Part shown: piece after piece, positions 23,583 through 35,500 of the stretch
How the letters are laid out: every line of letters begins with the position of its first letter
How positions within the stretch are numbered: position 1 is the first letter of the stretch
Source of the DNA: Antedon mediterranea
Lineage: Eukaryota > Animalia > Echinodermata
Length of the DNA stretch: 64,000 bases
Reading direction: 5' to 3'
Assembly: GCF_964355755.1 (NCBI RefSeq)
Contig: NC_092671.1
Coordinates: forward strand, 9,114,001 to 9,178,000
The notes under the pieces: model-generated
The model's database searches: none
Told to the model about the DNA's origin: nothing
The model's input: only the letters and a program-made list of their open reading frames with translations
Translations under genes and position numbers: made by a program

Positions 23583-26500
23583 ATGGGAAGAAAAATAACT
23601 CTAGCAACATGTACCCTTAATCAATGGGCAATGGATTTCAATGGGAACTTCAACCGTATATTAAACAGTAGGTTTTTTACAAATAATAATTTATTCTTTA
23701 GGCGCTGTCTGATTTTTTTTTAGTGAGGCAGCAGTGGCACCGACCGGCGGACGGGGGTATATAAGCCTTGTACGTAACGTAGAGGTAGCCTAGTAGCAGC
23801 CTAAGTTAGTAGGCTTAGCCGTATATTAAAATGTATGCATATTTATTTTCAGGTATACAAGTTGCAAAGGAGAAAGGTGCTAGATACAGGCTAGGACCCG
23901 AACTTGAAATTAGGTAAATTAATGAGGGGAATTATAATTGAAAGGGTTTGAAATAGAAATAATATAATATATAATACGATAAGAATAGATGATGTTTTAT
24001 ATAAATAATAATATTACTTATTATATAACACCTATATAAATTCCTGTCATTTGATTGGACGAATGTGGGTCACATGGCGTGCAATAGTACGCACTATTCA
24101 ACGATCGTTAAATAGTACTTTTTGAAACATTTTTGTTTGTTATTTAGATGTTATATAAAACAAATAATGAATGTTTTGTATTCGTGTAATGGTACAAATA
24201 ATGGCACTTGGTGAATGATGAAAGGTTATATCAACTCGGCTTTGCCTCGTTGATATAACCTTTCATCATTCACCTCGTGCCATTATTTGTACCATTGCAC
24301 TCATAAACATTCATTATTTGTATATTATTCTCCTAACTAGTGGTTATGGATGTGGTGACCACTTCTTTGAATCGGACACTTGCCTGCATTCATTCCAAGT
24401 CCTTGCTCAACTCTTGAGTTCTCCGCTCACAGAAGACATCATTTGTGAAACTGGAATGTAAGTACATTATTACTATTTTCTTGCTCAAAATATTTATGAT
24501 ATATTCACATTACGAATATACAGTATTGATACATAGGACATGATGTGCTCCAAGTCTACACCAGAACCAAGACAGACAAAAAATGCTTTGAGTATTCTGT
24601 GACATGCAAGATGACTGAACACGGATCACATTCACCTCTGAAATATTAATGTTAATTTACAAATAACATTTATTTATCAATTGAATTTCAGGCCAATAAT
24701 ACACAAGAATGTTAGGTATAATTGCAGAGTAATATTCTTAAATAAGTAAGTCAATCTATATACTGTAATACAATATTATAAAGAACATCTACTGTATATA
24801 TGAACCTCTATGTCCAGTTTGATAGTGTAGACAGAGCTTTAGGCCTAGATCATTGATCAAGGCCTAAAGCTCTGTCTACACTATCAAACTGTATGTGACG
24901 AAATATTGTGATGTGCCCATATATGGACACAATGATGCCATATTTGGGCATATCACCACCATATTTGAGCACATCACACTTTGTTTGTCAAATTAGTTTG
25001 ATAGTGTAGACAGAGCTTTAGATACTATAAATACACATTTGTTGAGGGATGAGTAATTTCTTTACTATATAAATTATAAACTTATTACCCACATTCACTC
25101 AAATATTTGTTTATATACAGAAAAATTCTTTTAATCCGTCCAAAATCAGCTATGTGTAATCATGGAAACTACCGAGAACTGCGCTGGTTTACCCCATGGA
25201 GTAAACCCCAACAAGTTGAAGATTTTTACCTTCCAGAAATTATATCAGATATAACAGGACAGGTAAATATACCTTCCATGTCACTTCACCTGGTTTAATG
25301 ATGATTACAAAGTTGTAATGTAGATACGGTCAACTGAAAGGATCGATATTTTTAAAACTAAAAGAAAAACGATATAGAAGTTATTATCAATATCAAATTA
25401 TCTGTGCTTCCACATGACCTACTGTGACCGCATTGTATAAATGCAATTTTATTTCTAAAAACACAGTCTCAAAGTTTTGCCATTGCACTGATATTTTACC
25501 AATTTTGAAATGGATTTTGGAATACAGTAACATGGAAAATGACTCGTATGAACTTTACTGAATATTTCAATCATACCCATAAAAAAATATGTGTTTAATG
25601 AATAAGAATGTTCTTTCTATTACTTAAGAAAAGTGTACCAATTGGTATGGGTGTAGTTTCAACACATGATACTTGTATTGGGCCTGAAATCTGTGAAGAG
25701 CTATGGGCTGCTGAAAGGTAATATAGATACTTAAAAGAGGGAAATGATATGGCTCTTGTTAGCACCTCTCAAAACATTGTTTAGCTTTCATGTTTTATCA
25801 ACGCATTTTAATGACATGCCTAAACCTATACCCTTTTAGGCCTAGCATTTTACAATAATACATGTATTATGCTAAATGAAATATATGACAAAAGAGAATG
25901 AAAATATTTTCATTTTTCCATTTTGTTTGTCCCCAAAAGAAGCGCACTCAAAATTGAAAAAAAAAAATCTATTTCTAAACGTTAATTGTTAATTATATAC
26001 TAGAATCCCTCTTTCGGGACATTCCAGTCGGGGGTCACCCATTTTTACCATAAACCAAGGTTAACAGGGGTCAACACTACAACCAAATCGAATGAGTGGC
26101 TGAGCGGTTAAGTCAGTGGAATTGTAATTATGTAGCCATAACATAGGCATGGGTTCGATGCTTCATGATTCTGGTGTGGTAGTCTTCTCAGATAAGGACT
26201 CTGACTCTGTTTATTTTTATACTGGGTGACCTCTTCAGTCAAAGACTGATCTCCCAGAGGGCCCAGTTGGTGATCTGTGGCTGTGATGTACTAATACACC
26301 GGGGTAACCCCCTACTCGTCTCGAAAGATGTACTAGGTTCTTTAAAGTGCACACAAGCTAGATGTGTACACTGGACCTACGGTTTATGGTCTTTATCCGA
26401 GAAGACTCGTTCTACCACTAGAACCATGGAGTGAGTGAGCCTCGAACCCCTGTCGATGTTACGGCTACGTAATTACAGTTCCACTGTCTTAACCGCTCGG

Positions 26501-29500
26501 CCACTCACTCGCTCAACTATACTTGACTCTAAGCCGTAGGTCTAGTGCACTTTAAAGATACTTGTAGTAGAGGGTTACCCCGGTGTACTAGTACACACAC
26601 AATTTTACTGGCACTCACAGCCACTGATCATAACTGGGCCCTCTGGGAGACCAGTCTTTGACTGAAGAGGTCACCCAGTATAAATAATTAAAGTTAACCA
26701 CTTATTAAGAGAACACTTGGGTAAGATATACACTAATAGAGGTCCTGTTCAATATAAAACAAATAAAATCCAGTTTATTTTGTAGCCCACATGTAGCAAT
26801 GAGTCTTGATGGTGTTGAGATCTTTACCAATGCTAGTGGAAGTCATCATGAGTTACTAAAACAGTTTGAAAGACATGACCTGATGAAGACTGCTATGATG
26901 AAGGTAATTAGAAGCTTTTGATTTATGATGACCTACGACCTACACACATTGTGTCATTGATTGTCATTTGAACCTAGGACCTTCAATCAAAACTTTGAAT
27001 CAAGTGAGGAATATTTCCCAAACTCCCCATATAAGCAAAATGAAATACATGAAAGAAATGGGTCCAAGGTCGTTGGAAATTCACATCTAAATCGTGTTAA
27101 AGGATAAGAAATTACCTGGTAAATTGTATATACAGTCGCCCCAATACTGCACTTTCTGAAAACCAGAAACTCTCCTAAAACCACACTTTCCTCCAGGTAC
27201 AAAAGGTCCCAAATTCATTTTTACCATTAAAAAGACATTCTGAATACTAGACTTTCTGGATAACCAGAAATATTTGGCCATCCCAAGGGTGTCCGGTATT
27301 GAGAGTGTATTAAATTTGTATGTAAAGTTGATTTCATTTTTTTTTCATGAATATACTGTTACCTAAAAACAAGATCAGGAGAATTTGTTAAGACATTTTA
27401 GGTATTTGAATGTTCTTTGAATGTTTTTAACAGTGTGGTGGTGTATATTTATACTCAAATTTACGTGGCTGTGATGGGGAGCGTGTTTATTATGATGGCG
27501 GGTCGTGCATCTGTGTTAATGGAACTATGATGACTGTTGGTAAACAATTTGGTATTTCTGAAGTGGTAAGATTTAATTAAAAACTTCTGTATAAGTTTTA
27601 GCTTTAAGCTCTGTTTACACTATCAAAAAAGTGTGATGTGCCCAAATATGGTAGTGGTATGCATAAATATGGTAGTGATATGACATCATCATATCCATAT
27701 ATGGGCACATCACTTTTTTTGTTTAATAGTGTAGACAGAGCTTAAATCTAAATAATTTGGACTGGGCAACCTAAGCAGTATTCTCTTCAGACTATTATAT
27801 GATGCTTTATGATACTACACTAACAAAAGTAGTAAGTAAAATTATAGACCTCAAATGAATATAATTTGCATATTTTATGGCCAATATGCTTAGAAATTAT
27901 CTGTTACAAGATGGAGTTGTATCGCCTTAAATTATAGAAAATCATGTTTTGTGAAATAGGTAAACAGAAGAGAATATCATATATTTTCATTTTTTTGCGA
28001 TAAACCTATCTATTGATTGATAAAAAAAACCAATATGGCGATCTCTGTTGTCCGGCGATCTCTGTTGTCAGGCAGTCTTTGTTGTCCGGCGATCTCTGTT
28101 GTCCGACGATCTCTGTTGTCAGGCAGTATTTGTTGTCCGGCGATCTCTGCTGTCCGGCGATCTCATCTCTAATGATGTTTGCATATCCTATCATTTTATT
28201 AATTTGTTACTTAATTAATTTTAAAATAAAACCCACCCCAACCGAAATTTAAACCTGGAATCATGTGATGCAGACATATCATCTACCATATACTGTATAT
28301 ATTGTGTACTGTATTTCTGTAGACTATATTAAACATCCAAATGACTAATATTTACATAAATTCATTTGTGAACTTATCAGAATCAGGTCCAACAGGTTTA
28401 AATTTGTGCTCTCATTGCCCATATAACTTTCAAAGACTGTATCAAACACCTGACATAAAATTGATTACTGTTTTTTTGTAGGATGTGGATGTAGCTACAA
28501 TAGACTTAGAAGATGTTAGAAGCTACAAGGCTGAAATCAGCAGCCGCTCTAAGCAGGTAACATAGTTTATACCTATAGCCCTGGTCAGAATTTGCCATAT
28601 TTTCCTATGATGCAAAGCAATGATATTTAATGATTTTTATTTATATAATCTTTTTTTCATGGTATTACTCATATTTTAACAAATTATCCATTTGTAGGCA
28701 GCTCGTTCTGGAAGTTTTCCAAGAGTTTTTGCAGACTTTTCACTGTCTATGCCTGGGGATCACTTACTGCCAACTACAGAACCACAACAATATAAGTACC
28801 ACAGTGTAGTAGAGGAGATTGCTCTAGGTCCTGCATGCTGGCTTTGGGATTACTTACGCAGAAGTAAACAGGTAGAGTTTTTAATATTTATTGGTGGTTA
28901 GTCAAGTCGGTGGAGTTGGTAATTCGATCTCTTTGCTGTGTATCATACACAAATGCATAGCATACCATAGAAACACATGCTAAATTCTAGAGTACAAGTA
29001 CATAAAGAAAATACACGTTTAAAATGTTAGTTTTCAAAACCTGCCTTAAAATTACATTTCACCTGGGATGGGCTGGCATCCTATTCAGGGATCTTTGGGC
29101 AGTAATTCGCTCTCTGGTGGAGAGGCTCCAGTTTTATGTGCATCATGGCTTTGGATATACAATTACAATGCAGTTTTCTATTTGTAAATATCATAGACAA
29201 CTGACAAAAATACCAAGATACAGTACTCCATCAGTATTTTGTCCAATCCAAATTAAATTGTAAAAAACATTATTTTTACTTGGCAAACATGATATAAAAG
29301 TTATACAATAAAATGCAAAATTACTGTAAACTAATAAACAATAAATCCTATATACATATTATATATATTTTGTATTGTGCTAAATAAATAATTTATTACA
29401 AAATAAATTAGATTCACCAAAAAACCCCAGTAGTAATGGATTAAATTGTTTAGATATTAAAACTACTAATAATCAATCGATCTGCCGTGTTGAAATAGTT

Positions 29501-32500
29501 CAAATTTTGGTTTATATGAGCAATTCTCGTTTCATTCATTATATTTAATTTGTAGGGTGGATTTTTTTTGCCATTAAGTGGAGGAATTGATAGTTCATCA
29601 ACAGCTTGTCTTGTGTCATCAATGTGTCATTTAGTATGTAAATCCGTCAATGATGGAAGTAAGTACTGGACATATAGGTTTGATGATATCAATGTAATTT
29701 GTTTTGTGTAATTTTTGTATTTTGTTGATTTCATAATTTAAACATTAAAAAGAAATCAGCCTTGCACAGAGTAGTTAATTTAGGTTTGAAATAACGTAAT
29801 TGCGTTTATCCTTTATTTCTCAACAAAAAAAATACATTTACTGAATTGCTGCATTCTTTACAATAAAATGCCTATATTTAAATATTAAAATGACATCAAA
29901 AAGTTTAAATTTATATATAAAAATCTTTCGATTTTACAATAAAAATTATAATATTTAAATATAAAAATGACATCAAACAGGAAATATGTATATGTTAAAA
30001 ACCTATTTGAATTATCAACGTATAATATTTATAAAATTACTGTATAATCAATATGAAATTTAGCACCAAGCTTATTTTTTTTTTGTTTTTTTTTATTTCT
30101 TACTTTTAGTGTATTAAAAAAGAAAATTACGGTAATTAAATCCCCTTGTAAATTGGATTTATATTCTATTAAAGAAAAAATTATTATATTTTTATTTATT
30201 ATTATAAAAAGACACAATAAACGGTTAATTTTGACCAAAACCATTGTAAATTGGTTTTCTATTCTATTAAAGATGTATTGTCCCCCAAAAACATGAAAAA
30301 TAAGATTAATAAAATCATATTTTGAATAGGCCATTTTACAGTTTTAAATAAAGTTATTTACTTCTGGAAAAAAAAAATTATTATATGTTTATTTATTTTT
30401 ATAAAAAGACACAATAAACGGTTAATTTTGACCAAAAACCATTGTCTGACAGACAATTAAGGTATATTTTGCTTTAAATTACATTTTTTCAGGGAAATTT
30501 TGTTTGTTTTCAATCCAGTTTTTGGTCAAAGTGAATAACTATTATGTGACATTAAAATCGCCTAAAAATTTGTGAAAAAAATGTTTATGGTGACAATATA
30601 TCTTTAATATATTATTATTTCTATTCTATCAATAATTTTTTTGTTTGTGTTTAGACTTGGAAACTTTAACTGATGTTCAGAATGTAACTGGTGATCCAGA
30701 TTATATACCAAGTGACCCGAAGCAATTGGCTAATCGTATTTTTGTAACTTGCTATATGGGCACTGTGAACTCCTCAGTTGAAACCCGCAAGAGAGCTCAA
30801 ATGTTAGCTCATCAAATTGGAAGGTAGAATAATAATTTGCATTATTTATTTTAAGTAAACAAAATAAATTAGCTTTTGAATTATTTGTGTGTAAAATAGT
30901 GAGAGGGAGTAAACAACTGTTAAGACAAAAGCATGGTACTCATTTTTTATTTTTTAGTCAATCAAAAATAACAGCGATAATTACCGCCACTAACAGGTTT
31001 GAAACAAAAACAATGCAACATCAAAATCGGTTAAGAATAAAATACAAATATAAATATATGTATAAACATAGATCAACACACCATAAACAATTTCAATTGG
31101 AAATGTACATATTAATCAAACAGGTTATGCAGCCATTAAATAATATGGGTTGACTTGTTGATGAATTCATTCTGCTGGTAGATTTTTAATAACACTCGTA
31201 ATTCCACATTTTTGGAATCCCAGATATGACAAGGTTTACAGAAACATAATTCTGGATTCTGTGGTTTTTGTGTCATTGTGTATATTTCAATTCAGTTACT
31301 ACTACAATCATTTCTGAACAGAGTTTGTTGTTAATCTTAAAGATGTATTGTCCCCCTGAAAAATAATTGTTCAAAATTTGTTTGTTAAATATGCCACTTT
31401 AATGTCGCATAATAGTTATCCACTTTGACCAAAACTTGGATCTAAACAAAATGTATTTACCTAAAAAAACTTTAATTTAAAGCAAAACAAGGTCAAATTG
31501 GCTGCCAGCCAATGTGTTATTGGTTGAATTTAACCATTTATTATGCTACTTTATAAGTGAAAACATTTTGTTTTTTTGTGAGTGATTAACTTGATTAAAA
31601 CTACAAAAAGCTATTCAAAGTCTGATTTCTTCATTTTTCATGTTTTGGGGGATAATACATCCTCAGAATTACTTATTATTTAGTTAGGTAAGCCAGATAA
31701 AATCATATTATACCTACAACTTAGGATTATTACACTGGCTTGCAGATGCATACATGATAGAGCATTGTAAAAAGTATTTATTTTCGTAATTTAAAATCTT
31801 TTTATCCACACAGTGATCATTTGTCCATCAATATTGATTCTTTTGTGAAAGCAGCCACTGACATATTTGTGAATGCTACAGATAAAGTACCACAGTTTAA
31901 AGTTAATGGAGGAAGCCCAAGAGAGAATTTAGCTCTCCAGAACATTCAGGTATTTATCCCATTTTTATTGGGTGTGGAATTTTATTTTGATTTATTATTT
32001 CATTTGCATATATATATATTGAAAATTGTTTTATGAGACAACTTTACACAACGCAATACAAAAAACATACAAAACCTTTACAAAATAAATAAAATGATGT
32101 TATGTAACTAAAAATATATTACACACTTTGATTGTACAAAATGATCAATTGAAATTGAAAATTCACAATAATGAAAATACGTTTATCAACCAGCTTTCAA
32201 ATATTTATCTAATTTTTATTTAAAGAACAACCATATTTGGGCGTATCACAACCATATTTGGCACATCACATGCTCAGGGGTAGATGGTGCACACTACAAG
32301 TTGATTTTCCATTGGTCATCTGGGCCTAGCGCGTCACAGAACATTCCCGCAATTATTTCAAAATACAGAGTGTGCAATAGAAATAGCCCCAGTATCAACC
32401 AATCAAATGGCTAGGAAACACTCGGGTGTGTTTTAAGAGAAAAATCGCTATGGTATGTTTATATGGTTGCAGTATAGTTATTAAAGTCATATTCATATAT

Positions 32501-35500
32501 TCGTATGACAATTCATTGACAATGAAATAGATTGTTTTATTACCACACAGAGTAAGTCAAAATGATAATACAATATAAAAATGTAATCCTTAATAAAAAT
32601 ATAAGTTATGATATGAATGTTTAAATCTTATAACAATGCATCTTCATTAAAAAATATATCTTTCATTAGCTGCAAAATAAACACTTTATTTTTCCCCTTC
32701 ATTATATCGATTATAAAATTATATATACTACAGCTATTAACCAATCAGATGCTGTGGATTAGTATACTGTAATTCAAACAATTGGCTTGCAATGAATTAA
32801 AGTGTATTTTTGAATTAGCTTGTATTTGTATAGTAATGATGTACTTTGTCACGTAATGTTACAGCCTAACTAGTCATGCATGTGTATAATAATGCCTGGT
32901 GGTATGATGTACTGTGGTGTTATCCATACATGGTTCAAAATATAGCCCTAAGAATAGAAACATTAAAGTATAACCTTCAAATCATCTGGGGTTATATTTT
33001 ACTATGTCATTCACCCCAGTCAATAAGTAGTACTAAGTGATAAAAAAAAAAATGGTTCTTTTGCATGTTGTTGACACGTTGCACTTTGACCAGTACAAGT
33101 ATCTAGGAATTGTTTTCAATGATAAACTGAGTTGGGGAGACCATATAGACTTCATCAGCAAAAAATTAAGTCCCAGAATGTATTGTATGAGAACTTTATA
33201 TAAATTTAACTCCTGTGATTTGATGTTACTTTCGTTCTATAGATCCGTTATATATAGTGTTTGGACGTATTGCCTCTCCTGTTGGGCTGGTAATGTTACC
33301 GGAGGGAATAAAGGACGCCTTGAAACTTTCATCGTCGGGCTGGTAAAATGATTGACCTGGAACTGCCTTCCTTTACCGATGTGCACCTAGAACACCTCCA
33401 GAAAGATTTCGAACGCATTGAGTCGGATGCCTCTCATCCTCTCCACAAAGTGATCATAGACCAACTTAATCGAAGTGGTAGATTGAGGCTCCTCAGTGTG
33501 AAAACAAATCGATTTGCTAAATCCTTTATTCCCTCCGGTATCATCCAGTACAACAGGAAGTCAAGAAGATAATTTTATATTGTAATTTTTTAGATGTTTT
33601 TATATGAATGGTTTTATGCTATATTTGTTTTTATAGTGTTTTCTTTGTTATTATGACGAGCAATGAATTTCCTTTTTGAGGATCAATAAAAGTTATCTTA
33701 TCTTATCTTATCAATTTTTTATTCATTGGTGATGATGACTATAGAAGTAGGTGTAGTATTAATTAAACCCGACATCAACATATTATAGTCATCCTTATTT
33801 TGCTTTAATTAGGTTCCCATTGTATTTATGTTTCTTTTATATTTTGAACATACTGTAATACAATGAATTCTTATTATTACTTGACGTTGAGAAATATTTA
33901 TTATAATAAGTTTATCTTAATTATGTTCAATTCTCAATTCACTATTACAATATTTTAATATTTTGTGCGTGGTAAAACAAACAAAAACCTTTTAGTGCAA
34001 TTACATTAAATAACATTCATTTTATTATTGCAGGTACGGCCTCATATAATGTTAAAATATCGTTAAAAAAATAAATATTATTTTAAAGTAGTTGCTGCAG
34101 TAATTGCAGTAGCTAATTTTTGACATGACGATAATAAATAATATGAAAAAATGTAGCAGAAATATTTGCATCTATTAAAATTATTTAAACTGGTTTTTCT
34201 AAATGGTTTTGTAGAAAAAGTGAATTTATTTAATAATGTTCACCAGAAAAATTGATATAGAAGATGCTCTACATAAATAGCAATTTTAACAAGTGGCTAA
34301 ATTATCAAGATGTTTAGGAAAGTAAAAATTTGGATTATTTATAATTAGAATAATTACTAATTATCTATTTTTTTAACTTTGTAGGCTCGTAGTAGGATGG
34401 TTTTATCCTATTTATTTGCCCAGTTAAGTCTATGGTCTAAAGACCGTCCTGGTGGTCTTCTAGTACTTGGCTCAGGCAACGTTGATGAATGGTAAGCAAT
34501 GATGCTTTTAAAGTAAAAATATTTTGAAAGAGTTTAATCTACTAGTAATTTGCATTTGAAATATATTGGTTTGTACATGTTGTTATTGCTAACCCTTTGA
34601 CATATAGTTAGTTTATTACAAATTACACGTGAACAATATACAGTAACTAATGTTTCATATATATTCATTATTAAAAGATAATTGTTGATTTAACTTTTAA
34701 GTGTAGATTTGCATTGATCAGGTTTGATCATTTATTTCCTCCCTCGAATAAACCCCCCGTCCCCCACTAAAAAAACACACCCCAGGGTGTTTATTTGAAT
34801 TGATACTTGTCAGATGTTTGTACCAAGTACATTATGATAATATTTGTCAAGTCATTTTTTGCGAATGACTCGAATTCATGACCTCTAGATCAAGGTACAA
34901 TTACGTCAGAGTATGGCAAACATTTGACCAATTAGAGATAATTTTCGAACTGCTGAAACAAAAAAAAGTTGTCCCAATATTGTATGGTTTTCTATTTAAA
35001 GTCCAGAATTCCTTTTAGGAAAAATAACAGACATTTTTAAAAATGTTTCTGTGTGTTTGGTTTTAAGATGTTATGTTTATTAAAAATCTTCTTTTGAATT
35101 TGTTAGTTTACGAGGTTATTTAACGAAGTATGACTGCTCAAGTGCTGATATTAACCCGATTGGTGGCATCAGTAAAAACGATCTACGAGGATTTATTCTA
35201 TTTGCGAAAGACAAATTTAATCTCCCAGCTTTGGAAAGGTAAGTTAATTTGTTATTTGGTTCAATTCTTCCATTTCAGAATCGATTATCAGATATTGGAA
35301 AGAAATGTTTCCGAGTGGTGCACAGAAATATTGTTCTAAATTTCTATAGTGCGTCACATAAATTGTTTTTTTTTATGTCTGTTTTTATGTTTATGTTCGA
35401 TTATAATCTTTTAGTCGATACAAATCAATATGTTATTAGCAGACTGACAATAATATATGATTCATGGTTCTAGTAATTAAGTATATATCTTGGTTACGAC

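Noticed and set aside
33037-33572. Nested host gene in a NADSYN1 intron
   Set aside because: It is a frameshifted LINE RT C-terminus with a simple-repeat tail.
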